Of a stretch of 64,000 bases of DNA, positions 36,801 to 51,800 are shown one piece after another. The notes under the pieces were generated by a model that saw only the letters and a list, made by a program, of their open reading frames with translations, made no database searches and was not told the DNA's origin. Positions within the stretch are counted from its first letter, which is position 1. Each line of letters begins with the position of its first letter. The stretch is taken from positions 17,236,001-17,300,000 of the forward strand of contig OZ116698.1 of the NCBI GenBank assembly GCA_964199315.1, read 5' to 3'. Source of the stretch: Orbicella franksi. Lineage: Eukaryota. The position numbers were made by a program, and so were the translations under genes.

Positions 36801-39800
36801 ACTCTGAATAACGAGGAAATATACTCAACTTTATAGGCACTGGTTAGAACGTGAATGGCATTTGGTCTATATCAGAATTCAATTAACTGAAGTCATAAAG
36901 CGCGCATAACGTCAGAAAGTTCAACGTAACTTAAAACAATGTAAAATGCCGGCATCAAACCACTTCAGAACTGGAAGCAAATCTAAAGCGGAAGTAATTA
37001 ATTGTGCAGTCAAAGATAGGTCACTATAACCATGTAAAGGTAGTTTTCAAGAATCAAGTTACCTATATGTATCTTCAGATCAAAGAAAACCTTAAAATAA
37101 AAGTGCGAAAATTTGTAATGGATCTTGAACGTGCTGTATGTGTTGGTAAATGTGTGCCGGTGCGCAAAGTTATATAACGCGTCGCCCCTTAAAAAATAAA
37201 CTAGTTAAAAGTTTAAGTGTAAATTGTGTGAAAATAATTGTTTCTGTAACCTTTAAACAGTTCATCCAATATCAGACCGATGCTACTCGCAAAGCTGCAG
37301 AGATTATTGAGAAAAGCAAGGTAAGAACTCGGTTAAACATGATAAACTTGCTCAACATATTACGTCTTAAAAAGAACTAACATTAATGCAAATGTCGCCA
37401 ATTAAAGCATATTACTTATTGAACCATTCGTTCGTTAATGTTGACTTAATGTTGCAGTTCCTAGGGAGTAATGCTTTAAATACCCCGACAATCACAAGCA
37501 GTAAACACGCGTTGTACAGCGTAAAGGGGGGGGGGGGGGGGGGGGACACCGCTCCGCAATCGGCGTGACAGACGAACTTCCATTGCGTGACCAAATGCCA
37601 AACTTATCTCCCCAGCGGTTAATTCTGCACTGGATCGGACAAGTCAGCGAGGCCAAAAGCTTACGCGTCCTAGAAGCGTAACTCTAAACGGCACTACGAG
37701 CTGACCTCCGGTCAGCATCGTGCTAGAGTGTAGACAAATTTATCTTGTTATCCTTTCGTTACATAAAACATGATAAAATAAATCAGTTGTCTTTAAAGTG
37801 AAGTCTACTTCTTTGTTGTTGCGTCATGAAGTGCTCTCATGCTAGCGAACTCAATACATGTAGGGTTTTTATAGACTGCTTAAGCCGCTTTTTCTGCGAA
37901 CTAGAAAATTAGATTAAAGCTTTTTTGTGTGCGCCTTTTGATTGGTTGAGATGAGTTGTTCGGAATCACGTGATGAGACTGTAGGGTGAGCAGACGAGCG
38001 AACGGCACCACGAAAATTTATGTTCAACAGTGAGCATCATAACTTGCGTTTAGTGAGGATTACGTGTTCTGAAAATGATAAAGTAGTTTTGTCTTTTTTC
38101 GATGATGACGGCAATGAAGTTGCTGAAATGTTGGGGTATCTAAATAGGTCTTTTTTCTTCTTGTGCTAATTTCGTTCTAAAAATAGCCTTCTTGCGAATC
38201 AGCTGATACCGCGCGTCGTAATACGAGATGTAGACTTCATCTTATAAACTACCGGGTAAATCGATTAAATGTTGAATAGGAAAGTAGCGATTTTTACATT
38301 GACCAGGCGTGAGGTCAAGATCAATCAAAAATCAATCAATGAATATCTTTATTAAATCAGAACGTCTAGATTTTAGGGCTGGATTTTGTCCAAATCCTTT
38401 TTTGTTGTTGCATGTTTTGTGTGTCGAGGTCCATACGCAAAAAAGAAAAAACGAGGCCAATATCGGGCCGTCTTGAACAGGCAGGCTCGGTAATTGATTG
38501 TATGGACGGTATTATAAAGAAAAAAGCAACATACAGACGCCGTACAGTTCTATTTGATAGTTCAGCTCCCCTGGTCGTGGCAGTTTTATTTAATTGAAAT
38601 ACATGTACTACACTAAGATCCAAGAATGTACACAATAATATTTTCAGTCTTAAATCGGCAGGAAATTAAGAATGTCCAGCCTGAACATTCAAAATATGCA
38701 TTCTTATACAGGAAGAGAGATTTGTCTTAATTATAAGCTGCGTGAGAGGCGTTTGCTAAAGCAAGGTTATAGAAAAGTTGACCACAAGGAAGATTTTTCT
38801 TTTGAAGTTGTTGACGGAAGGATTTCCTTGCCCATCCACGTTGTACCATGTCGGCCAAACTAAACGGATTGTACCGTGTTAGGCGATGGTATCATAGTAT
38901 CAAAAGTATCATATCAAAGTATCATAGTATGTGAAGATGTACGCGTTCGATATTCTTGGATTTTCTTGCAGCAAATAGATCACTTAGACAATGCCTATCT
39001 CGAGCAAAAAGGAGAACTGGCAGCCCTTCAGGAGCGTTTAGATGACTTAGCCCGTGCAAGGTAACCTTTTAATGTTTAATGATTACTGACACGTTGCCAT
39101 GAAATATAATAAATAATATGAACTAAAAATAATAAAAATAATAAGGGTGAAGAGCGTACAGGATGGGAGGAGATTAAAGGGTGCTTATTGTAAAGAGTTA
39201 TGTCCAGTGTAAACGCAGTTGTCGGTTGTCATCTTTAATAAAGGAAGTTTGATTTCGTGCCCCGAAAAGTCCCTTATATACAGCAGACGATATTCAATTT
39301 TAAATTCAGAATTACATAGCTCTTTTGTTTGAAACGAGTAATTGCTTAACGCGATTAAAATCAAATGAGGGAGTTTTCAAATGTTTTTCAAATCTTTTCT
39401 GTTGAACAGAACGAAATATGAAACCCGTGACAAACAGCAGCAAGGTCGAGTAGCAACCCTTGAGAAAGAAAAGAATTCACTGCGTGATGAACTTACAAAC
39501 ACTGTTAATGAGTTAACACAGGTAAGAGTACTGTTGGATTCAGGGGCGTTGCTAGGATTTTTCAAAGCGGGGGTCGCACTGTGCCAAAATGAGGGTACTC
39601 ACCAGATTGTCATGTCGTTTTCGCCACCTGTTGTAGGTTGTTTGCTTAAAAGAGGCCTTCAAAATAAAGGGGGGTCACGGGCACCCAGGACCCCCAGGAC
39701 CCCCTCTCTCCTTAGCTACGCCCCTGGGATTCTATTATTGGGAGTCCATTGCGTACTGGATTCTATTATTTGAAGATTCGGGTGGTCGTACTTGGTGCAG

Positions 39801-42800
39801 TGGACTACTGATCGAAGAAACCGAATTCTCCACCTTGCCCGCATCCTTGTACGTTTTGTTATTTTGATTTCACGTTTGAAATAATATTTTGTTCACTGCT
39901 TCTTATAAATCTACTGATGAATACTGGTTTCTATTTATTACGGTAATCTTATATAGCGTTCGAGATTATTTAGAGAGGTCCAGACTAAAATTCCCTTCTT
40001 TTATTTCGATTTAATTTTTGCTGCGATGGGGGGTTGTTGCTTCTCTGCGTTTGAAACCAATTTTCTCCTATGTCTCCAGAAATCATTGCAGCTTGATAGA
40101 GCAGAAAAATCTCTCCGTCAACAAGAAGAAGAACTGGCTAACTTGAGGCAGACGCACACTTTGTATAAAAACAAGGTACAGGATGTTACAGCTGTATTTG
40201 AAAACTAACGCATTGCATTTGTAGTGTTTTGAATATCTCTTGGTCTAAAACATGTTTCGTTGTTTTTGTTTCAGGTGTCAATGGAACTTGAACAAAAGGA
40301 AGGAGAAACTGTTCAGCTGAAAGAACGACTGGGTGATCTTCAGCGAAGGTGAGATTGACACAAAAGTGAGATTGAAGTCCTCTGAGATCCTTTCTCATAC
40401 GTTCTCGTGACTTTCTTCTTCATCCAAGACGTTTATTAAAAAAAAATCTCCACAATTTTGTGAAATAATTTTTCGTTTGTGTCTGATTTTCTAATTCGTT
40501 TTCTCCATTTTTCCATCTAGGCATACATCTAGTATTCTCACTCTTTTAGCCGAATTGATATATGTCGAAGTCCCTATCGACATAAAATCTTCCAAATCGT
40601 TCCATATTTCTTAATATAAGCCAGGGCCTGCTTTTCATATTCATCTTAGACTTGAGGACAGTAAGCTGTCAGGCAATGATCAAGTTAAAGCTATGGAAAA
40701 AGAGGTGTGTATTCACTTCATTTAGCCCACTTTTGCGTGCGTGTTTGCATGTCTACTGTCTATACAGTGTAATAAAAAAAATCTCATTGATTGAGAGTAT
40801 TGTGAACTTTTTATTTGCAGAGAGAGCAACTCGAAAATCGTCTACGCGAATCTCGGGATCAACTCAACGAGCTGAGGACGAATTCAAATGATCGAATAAA
40901 TACGCTGGGATCTCTGGTAGGAAGCGTCCCAGACAACACTCTCTAAGCTCCTTCGCGTTACGCTCTGTTTGAGTGTCTGATTGCTGACCTGTAATCCCCA
41001 ATCGTCCCGTCGTTTTCGTTCATCCTAGATGTTTACTCGGAGGTGGAGAAGAAACCCTGAAATCGTATTTTTTCCAGAAAGAGAAAGAGGCGATAACAGA
41101 AAAAAATAAAACAGAAATGAGACAAAAAAGCTTGTAACAAAAAATAAATCAAGGAGTTGACTATGATATCATGTGAAACTTGCTTGAGGTGATAACAGAA
41201 AACTAAATGTATACCACATAAGCCAAGCAGCACTCATACATGTATGAGGTCTTTACGTCATTGACGCATTTTATATTTTGGGCTTTGCTAGGTCAGTACC
41301 TTAAATGAAAGACTAGAAAGAAAGGAAACAGAACTCACGGAATGTAAAAGAAAATACGATCAAGATTATGAAAGCTGGAAAAGTAAAGTATGTACTGTAC
41401 TCACCTCTTTGTTGCTTGATGTTCAGCACAGGTTGTTACTTCTGTGTCAGTTTGAGCTTCACTTTTACTTGTTTCAGCGTTGTTCTGTTTCTTTAGTAGA
41501 CGTGTGTGTCTTTCTTTCGTTGTCTTAGAACTTTCAACTTGAACAGGAGTTGTCTAGAATGCAGCGAGAAACCAAGTCAGGGAAGCAATCCTCAGAGGAA
41601 CAGACTGCAAACTTGGAAGGACAGGTACACCCCTTTTCTACATATTTAGGCACACCCCCTGTGCTCTTAAATTTGGCATGTTCCCCGAGAACGTTTTTCA
41701 TACGTAGTCCTCTGCACACTGTATATTATAAGCTACAATCTGTATTCTCCAATTCATATCGAATTAAATGTTTATTTTAAACAGTTATAAACTGTAACTA
41801 GGGTTGCGTATGATTATACACAATTTTTCTCTGTAGGTAATGCGGTTGGAAGCTGCAAGGGAAAGAGAAAAAACAGAAATGCAAACAAAATTAGTAAGTA
41901 TTGACCTTTTCCCTTGGCACTAGAGCTGTAATTTCGAGGGACAAAGTTGGACTAAATAATGGGGTTCGTACTTTTACGTCTGGTTTGTTGCCATTCAAAA
42001 CAAAATCAAAAGAGAGCCATGCAGCAATACAAGGACTATCATTTGGTACCATTTTTTTTATACTTTACAAGGTTATTTAACTTGCATGTTTGGAAGAAAC
42101 CATAGAATTGCTGTGTTTGCCAGAGTATAACCTGGAGTTACACTGTAATATTTAGCTCAATTGAATCTTACGTTCCACGCGATTGTTAATCGAATGATTG
42201 TACTTTGTATCCTCGACATGTACCGTTATCCACCCTCTATTCTTAACGGCCAATGAAATGATTAGCAAGCAGGTGTTCACAGATCATCAGTCCATCCGCT
42301 CCACGTGGTCTCACCTTGTACTTAGATCGCAGTTGATCTTCGCCTACAGCTGCTTGACTTACCGTGTGGCATGAAATTTTTGCGTTTTTTTTTTATTGTT
42401 GTGTGTGGCATTAGAGATGCTGAGAGGTTTTCTTTTGGGTTGGGTAGCAGCTCTCGTAAGGTCTCGCATGAATGACTTGATACTCTTTGAGGGGACAATA
42501 AAACAAAGAACAGAAACAATATAATGCCCTAACACAGTAACAGCTGCTAACCAGCAAAAGAATTACAAGTTTACTAGAGGTGCTACACTTAGGTTTTTTA
42601 CGTGATGCTTTTTGTTTGTTTGTTTGTTTGTTTGTTTGTTATACTATATGTTTCACAATTAAATCTGAGACATTATTTTGCGTTTCGAAATTCGCCCCTC
42701 TCAGAGTAAAAGGTGAAACACTTTTCTTAAATACTCAGGTACGAAACGGTTGACACCTCATTTTACATGTTTCCTCGCACGAGATTTGTAGAAGTGGCAC

Positions 42801-45800
42801 AGGCAGTGAGACCTTGTTAAAGCAAGCGATCAAGGCTGCGTCGATATTTGCGAAGATGGCACTAAACATTTTTTCCCTTGTTTTGTGACAGGATCAACTG
42901 AAAATAATCGAGAACGAGTATTCGAGACAGGAAGACTCGTACAAACAACAAATAGCTGACCTCGAAGAAGAAAAAGAACAACTACAGGTCGGTATAAGAA
43001 GCTACTTTGCTCAACGGAAACTTGCCTGGTCAAATCCTTTTTACAGTAAAACTGGATGTTCTTTTCGACAGAAAACCTTCATCGCAGGCTCTCTCTCTCC
43101 ATTGCCTTGAACGACAAGGGAGGGAAACGAGAGAGAGCATGGGATCGAGATTGTTCATCAGACTGTAAAGTGTGACGTCAGGAAAGATTCCCCTATTATC
43201 GACCGGGGCCGGGTTGTTCAAAGCCCGATTAAGCTAACCCAGGACTAGCGAAAACTGATTAGGGAAAAGCTGACTTTAGTTTTGTAACTTTTTGGTGAGG
43301 TTTTCTGTTTATATTGTTTGTCCTTCAGTTTTGAGCCGGAGTAATCTCAAACTAAGCCAAACATAAGAAGTGAAAAACATTTTTATACAAGAAAAAGTAG
43401 TGTTTCAGTTAACTTTTAATCCCGGCCAAATACACCACTTTATTTGGACATGGATACTGAATCGAGCGAACATTCTCCAAGCTCATTATTTTGGCTGCAG
43501 CTCGATTGAACTTGTTAAAACATAACTTGTTAAGTAAAGATAGAGTTTTCTTTTCCACAGAACGAACTTATGTCAAAAGCAGAGGAGAATAGACATGTTT
43601 CACTGTGTTTGGAAGACGCCATGAAAGAGACAAATGAGCTTAAAAGCCAGGTTTGTAAAGTGGATAGATCATCTATGATTAAAACATATACCCATTGCAA
43701 GTCGTTTCGAAATTAATCTTCATGTTGATAGTAAACGGACATTGTTAAACTTACAGTAGGGTTCAATCACTGACCTTAGTGACCACGCATGCGCCTACCC
43801 TTTGAAGTAACTATTTAAAATAATGTAACAAAATTAGTAAAATTTCAATTTAACTCAGAATTAAAAAAGTTAGGTTGAAAGAATCACTCAACAGAACAAT
43901 TTCGACGCCGTAAAGTAAAAGGTATTTCATTTGTGAATAAAGGTGGTTAGCATAAAAATGTTATCTTTTTAAAAACTCAAACTAACCAGGCTTTAGATTT
44001 TTCTGTAAAACTAAACATTGAAAATTAAGGAAACTTTTAAATCAAATCAACAATTAATCAAATCCAAAACCTTAACCTATTTTAAACGTGTAGGTTTTTT
44101 CTTGTAAGTAATATTAAATGTGAATGCGCGTTGGATAGCATTTAATTAACCCAAGAACTTGTACATTAATTTTCAATACCTTCAGATCGCTAAGTTCGAG
44201 GAGACGCTAAAGGAGAAAAACGATCTTTTAACTTGCTTTAAAGAGAGTAAGGTAAGAGAGCGGTGAGCTGTAAACAAAAAGTCGAGCGTGAATTTGGGAT
44301 ATAGGGAGACCATCATGGAAAAGAACAAACACTGTGTATCAGATCATAATCGGTCCTCAGCCGCTCACGGAGCGCACAAGGCCTCGTTGTAGATAAGCTC
44401 GATTTATTTTCAATGTTCTTTAAATCTTGTGACTGAGTTATGTCGAGAAAATAAATGTCATTGTAAAGTCGTTGTATGGCCCTCCAAACTAATTCCATCT
44501 CTTGCGAGGTTTGAGGCGTTCTTTAAACCTTACACGTAAAACGTATGGTATTTATATTGACAGTAAATAAACAGCAGGATAAATGGACACAAAGTATTAC
44601 TGCGCGACATATTAAGAGCATGAATCACGTACTTTTTGTCAATAGATCTTAATATTTGACCTATTTCATATATTATACATTTTAGGTACTTCTAAATTAC
44701 AGGTAGAACCGCACGCAACTTAAATTACCCAATTACCCAATGACAATTTTTTGTCAATGTCTTGCTTTCTGAACCCATAATAAAAGTATGACGCAGAACT
44801 TTTATATTAGTCGTCCATTGTCATCTTTTATGAAATTAGTGTACGTGGATGATATGCCTCAATTTTTGTTTTCACTCAATTACAGCTCGATTCACCCTCT
44901 CATTTTACAAGTAACCTCAGCCCTGAAGCAATGGAAGACCTCAAAGAGGAGCTCAACAACACTAAGGTATAATCACAACTTGGCAAACAATATTTAGCAA
45001 TCCTCAATAAAACTTTGTTTTTCACAAGTATTACCTTGTACATGTGGGTGAGCGTAAAACAATAGTTACACTATGTCAGTATTTTGACTTTGACCGTGTG
45101 TTTCTCTTTGTCAAGGCTCGTTATCAGAATGCAGAGGAAGTTTTAAAACAGAGGTGAGGTTTAAATCGCTTTTCTTTTGTGTCAGTGTTGGTTTTGGTAT
45201 GGTGAGCTTTGTTACTGGTTCGTAATACCCTTGCACTCTGGTCTCACTCAGAAAAACAATCAGATCAGGTGGACAAAATTCGCGCTTGCTTCACATTTGG
45301 TTCTCCTTGTAACTAAGTACTTCTTCATTTATTCCAGAAGCATATCACCTAGAACTAGGTGATATGCTTCTGTTTATTCCGAATAACTTTCAGTAATGCT
45401 ATTTTATCCTAGTGATTTTTTTTTTTGCATAGCGAGGGTAAATTGTTAACATGCTTCCCTTTCTCTAAATTGTTTTCCTCGAATTGTTTTAATAGTTGCT
45501 GTAGCGTTAATTGGTAGCAGGAAGCGCTTGGTCTTTAATTAGACACAATAAGTTTAAAAGCTTTGTTTTTCTGTAACCAAATTCGTGATTAAACAGATGG
45601 GACTCCCGCTAGGCTGAATGATTACAGGTTTATAGAATTGGACTTTACTCAGTCAGTGTTTCAGAAATCTATTATTTGGTTTCGTCTTACGCGGTGAGCA
45701 TAACAATCAATTCATGCTTTAGCGCGTGCATTTTTCGTGCTATGATACCCGCAGGAAATTTAGAGCGCACGAAAGAAGTGTAAGATAGATAGATAGATAA

Positions 45801-48800
45801 ATAGATATAGATACCGCTTTTTTTTATCCTCGAGCAATTGAGGCTTAACAGGTAGTGAGTCGAGTGTCAAACTTAAAAATCCAACTAAAGAAAAGTACAT
45901 GGGTGCAGATAAGAAACCAACTTTCATTATAAATGAAATAGGCTAAAAAAAATTGTGACTTAATTTAAATTTAATAGGGAGCTTAAGAAAACCACGACGG
46001 CAACGGCAACGGCAACGTCGCTAAACAAAAGGTTTAATGAGGAGACCAATGGCTGTACACGTGCGTTATAATTCTTGTTGCATTTCTTTGCCGTCCTCTG
46101 CAAAACAACAACGTGAAATGGTCAAATTCTGCGTTGTCTGGAGAAGGTGAACCACGGCGGCTACTTTTTTTAAATTTTTATTTCGAATTTATCGATGTGT
46201 CCTAGATTCAGTTTCGTGATAGCTTTCACAGTGATAAACAAAGAAAACAACCTTAGGGCATCACGAGATTCGCAGGTAAAATATAAAATCATTTTTTTAA
46301 TCGATGTTGTCCTCGGCGTCGCCCTCGTGGTTTCTTAAGCTCCCTAATATAAACAACATAACACAATTCTTTATTCGGCGAATGCAAATAAAATAAACAA
46401 AGCAAAGAAAACCACCTCCTGAAAAGGGAAATCGCGAGGTTATCGGTGAAACAGTTACCTTAATAAAAAAATTTCTAAAAAAACATCTAACAACAAGTTC
46501 ATAGATTAAATATTATTTACAGTTTTAGCCAATGTTCAAGTAAGTCTTTAGTCCAGCTGTTTCTAAATCGTGAACCAGCGTGTGCAAAGTGTTAAAACCA
46601 AGACTTAACATGTGCATCCTAACTCGAGGCATGATTCAATTATTTTATAACATTTCCAGTGGAAATAAATTTCTTTGGCGAAACAAAGTTGACTTTGCTT
46701 TAGCCATGAGCTTACATGATCATCATGGGATTATGATGTACGCTTACGGATACTGAGTTTGTTAGCAATGTTACAAAAGTACTGATTGCTCACCAGTGAC
46801 AAATCACGATATTTGCTCAACCTTGTCCAGTAATTTACAAGCATTTTGGTTGTTGCAAACAGGGACAAAACTGTCGCCGAGCTAAGAAGAGCAGTTGCGG
46901 AGAAAGAGGACTTACTTAACCGATCAACGACTAAGGTAAAAGACTGGCTATTCCTACTACGTATTTAAAATGAGTTTAAGAGCAATTCCTAGTCGTTTAT
47001 GTGGACTCACCGTTACGCTTTCCTTGCCTGGTCTCCACGGTATCCTTCTGGTTAGGAGAGTTTGTTGTGCGGAGCCAGTGAACATGCGACCGGTAACCTG
47101 TCAGCGAGTCTGTTCTTGACTTTGGAACTCATTATCAGTATTATCTCCTATCATCAATCCCGTAGACCGTGGCAAACAAGGTCATCTCGTTTCGGCTCAA
47201 ACCAACACTCTCTGTTTCACGCCGCCGCCTGGCTACAATCCAACTCTTCCACCCTGCAGAACCTGGACTAATTACTAGCTTGTTATTAGGTCAATATGAA
47301 ATTGAGTATTTTAGAAGCAAGGCAAGAAAATGGTCACTGAACGTCCAACTAAAATTCGGTCCGCATTACAGCACGCAGGGATGTGAATAACTTGGGGAAA
47401 CCTAGGCCAATTTTTTTTTTAACTTTTTACTTTTATCAGTTTTCGGCTTTTGGTCAAGTGTTCAAGGTGTAACCTAAACAACGCCAGCTATCCAAACTTT
47501 TCATCACTTCCACTACCCACCTGAGAAAACATTTTGAAACTAGCGTGCACTTTTCCTGCTTGGTGCTTGCATGTATAGCATTAACATAACTTTATTGAAC
47601 GTGTAGACCCACATCTCCTACGACACGTCGTCTAATTTACTGGCACACCAAAGAATTACAGAAAAAGAAAACAAAACAAAATCCCGGAAACTGAAAAAGT
47701 AAAGACTATGATTAAAAATACAATTTCACGCTATAAAAATATTCAGCGTATTTAATTACTTGAGTAGTTTACACATTCAAATCTGAACTATGTACAGAGC
47801 GGTTTTCAATTTGTCGTAAAACCAAAACCAAAGTAATCACTGTGGCCAATCACAAAGAACACAGACGAAGCATTGAACCAATCAAAACTCCAAGTAATAA
47901 CATGCAGCTGACGCAAAGCACGGGAAAACGAGTGAGTCACAGTTGGTTTTGGTTTTAGTCGTTCTGATTGGGTGAAAAAGATTCGATGAAAAAGAGGCGC
48001 GAGTTCTTTAAGCCAATCGTGTAGCGTACTTGATGCAAAGCCAATTACTTTTCGATACTCAAACGAAAACCGCCCTATACCCACTCTCGTATTGTGAGAA
48101 AACATATTCCCTTCTCGCTAATTTTAAGCAAGGTTAAGGTGATAGTCATGGAAACAAAATAAATATCTAATTTGTAATTTCGTCTGTAGATTAGACAATA
48201 TGAAGAAAACAACAGATATCTAGGGAATGACAGAATATACGGTTCAGAAAACAGAGGTAAGACTAGGCAGTACGAGGAATTAATTGATGGACAAATGTTT
48301 AAAATACCACTTATACTTGATAATATCAAAAGATGTCTTAAAAACAGGTAAGGTAAGATTTCTTTAAAACACAACCGATGATGGTTTGACGGTTCAACTA
48401 CTCCTTAAATTTCTCGTTTAAACGGTTACAACGCTGAGGTTGGTCTGCTCTTTTTAACAGATGATCACAGAAACGATTCCGAGCTGTAGTGTCTTTTTCT
48501 CCAGTATCTATTGAAACAAAAAAATACCCTTAGCATTTTTTGTTTAAGGATATACACATGTACTTATTCACAGTTACGAAATGTTTCGTATTTAAGAAAT
48601 AATAGCAAGAGCGAGCCGATTTACAATTTGGAACTCTTTCTCCCACACAGAATGCATCCCAATTTATTTTTGCCGGGCGTAGATCATTATTTGTAAGATG
48701 GCTCCGTGTAGCCACTGCTTCGAACCGCTGATGCGAGGGATGCTAGGCTAAGAATGCGGAAGTCTCTTGACTGCGCTCAACTTTCTTCACCTCCCGAGAA

Positions 48801-51800
48801 CGAGATTCGTAGCACTGCAGAGATTATTGTTAAGTGTCGGGCTGGTTGAATTGACGATAGCACCAATCAGACACACTCTAGCGCACGGCATTTCCCGCTA
48901 GGACTCAAACTCAAATTCATCTTTTGGGCGAAGGAAATGATATGCTTCAAAATAGACGCCTGGACCCTCTTCAGAAGGATAAGCCGTCACAAGGTTCTTG
49001 TTCTAAAAATACGTTACGAAAGGGTATCCCAAAAACAGAAATCGGTTCCTTCTCCAGTGTAATTGTCTCTTGGTTATATTCGTCCATCCGCTAACTAGCT
49101 TTTATAAAGGACGGGAAACTTATTTTACTTTTGAATGTTCACGTTCTTCTTTCTTTATAACTTTTAAAGATTCTCAAAAGGTTATTACAAACTTGAAGGA
49201 GAGACTAAAAGAGCTGGAAGAGCAACTTCAAGAAAGAGAGGTAAGCAATCCTGTGATACTTTTAATAATAGTATGTTCTGGTGGAGGATCCGCTAAATCC
49301 TTCATAATTTTGACTGTACTTTTTAAGGGAACACCGCAGTGGCTTAATGGTTAGCGCTCCCAATCGCCGGAACGGGCCGGGTTCGGGTTCGAGCCCTAGC
49401 CGGGGTCATTGCGTTGTGTTCTTGGACAAGACACTTTATTCTCGCAGTGTCTCTCCTCGTCAAGGTGTATAAATGGATACGTAAAATAACTTCATGGACT
49501 AATAAGGTTGATTTAGATAGTAAATGGAACTAATTGCTTCTGTTATGTTTGAATAGATGCTTCAACTGGACGAGAACGAGGTGAGTGATACTTACGCTGT
49601 TCATATTTTAGTTGGATGGGTAACGATAAAATCTGACAAGACAAGGCAAATAATCAGTTCCCAAATTCCATGTACGCGTAGCGTTACTCCAAATTAGCGT
49701 GAATGAGAAAAATAACTCGAAAGATTATCTTTAGATATTTTTCAAGAAGTTACCTTAACGTTGAAAAATGTCTTATTTGGGACACTATCGTCAGATAATT
49801 CAATCGCGACAAGGGTTGTGGTCACAACCGTTGTTTGTTTCTTCAGTTTCCCTTCTCTATTTTTTTGTGATTGGTATGTAAATTTTTGTTTATCGACAGC
49901 TGCGTGATCTGAGGAAAGATAACAGTCGACTGGAAACAGATCTAGAGGACAAAGACAAGGTAATCTTAGACGAAATTTAAAGGTGATCCACGAACCTTTT
50001 GCAGCAGATTCAGGTTGAGCGTTTGAGGCAAACTGTCAGACGTTGCTGGGCCGAAGTGAAAACGTGCTGTTAGAGTAAAGGCACGTTATTACTCCAGATT
50101 TAGGAATGAAAGATCCTCGCGAGAGCAGGGGTTTCAAAATGATTTGAATTAGGAGTCTGCAGTGCGACGGGTAGGCGGCTGTGACAAGTTAGGGGCCGCA
50201 AGGGCCCTCATCGTAGGGGGTCTGGGGGCATGACCCCTCCCCCAGAAAATTTTAAAATCTACAATATAGAAGCATAGTCAATAGAAAGAAGCTAGGAAAT
50301 GCCATTTTCAGCATTCATTGTTAGATACTGATCTGCCAATGGCATAACTATATTGATTTTCTTAGGTGACATTAATTTGATGAAAACTAGTCAAGGAAGC
50401 AATGCCACCGTGTGATCTTACTTTACAGAGTAGCACGAAAATTATATAAATCCTTGTAACACGTGTTTGACTGAGCTGGAAATGTAAAGAAAAAAAAATC
50501 ATTTGAAGCGTTTACAAATCTCACATTTTTCATTTATAAGATTAAATTTAGCTTAGGATTAGCATCTTAAAGGAGTGAGAATCAAGCAATAAAATCATCA
50601 CATAGGTTAAAACAGGACTTGAAATAAAAAAATCCTTAAATCGCCGTTTGGCGACGACGTGGTAAAAAATAGTCGCCAAATGCAAGTTTTTAGTCGCCAG
50701 TAAAATCAGTTTGAAGGGACGCCATCCGTAGGCATACATGACGTACTCAGTACTCAAGGGTTTGCAATGCATTATAGGGCGATTTTGAACATGGTCAGCC
50801 ATTTAGAAGTTTTCTTATGTGAAAGAATCGTTTTAGCAAAGCAAAAGGATTGGATGCTTTAAGCTTTCTTTTTAACGAGCTTACTTCCTATTTCAAAAAC
50901 GATTATCACTGCAAATTGAGAAACAAAAGTTACTCTGCCGTCTTAAAGATTATCGATAAGACAAAATGCCGAGCTTGTTTATCGCAAGCTGATTGCTAAA
51001 GCCAGAGTAACAAGCGATATATTATTAAGTAGGCGGCGGAACTCCGGCGGTCCCCGGCTTGTTTTGAAAACACTGCCAGAGGGTCACTTCCTCTATCGAT
51101 GATTGTGTCTTAGATCTGGGGATAAACATAACCTTGATTACGGCGCGCAACACAAGTCACAACATCCTTTTTCCTAGAAATAACGTTGCTATTCCCGCCT
51201 TGTAACGTCCGACATTTTAACTTGCAATGCAATCAATCGAGCGTTACGACAAATTCGACATTTGAGACCTAAACGTTCCACCTCATTCCGGTATATTTAG
51301 ACCCCGATCACACTAATGCGTTCTTAAAGGTATCCGTTTTCGTTGAGACGAAAACGAAGCAAATATTTTCGCCATGCACGCTAACGTTTTCGGTTTGTTT
51401 TCACGTGCCCACAGCAGTGCATTTTCGTACGAAAACGCATACTTTTTGATACGTTTTCGCCTATCGTCCATACTAAAATGCCCGAAAACGCTGATGGAAA
51501 CGACAGTATATGACGCTTTTTTCGGCACCGTTTTCAAAAGCCTCGGTTTTCAGCTATCCATACTAGAAACGGTGCGTTTTTAAAACGATGCGTTTTCAAA
51601 AGACTCCGTTTTCATCAGCATTTTTGGTCGTTCTAGAGTGGTGGATAGGGGAAAACGCATCAAAAAGTATGCGTTTTCGTATGAAAACCCATTAGTGTGG
51701 TCGGTCGAGCCTTAAACTGCTCCATGCAAACTCTCGAATTCTTGCACAGCGAAGAAAATAAACACTTGTTTTGTTCGTGCCTTGTTGCGTGTTACGATCT

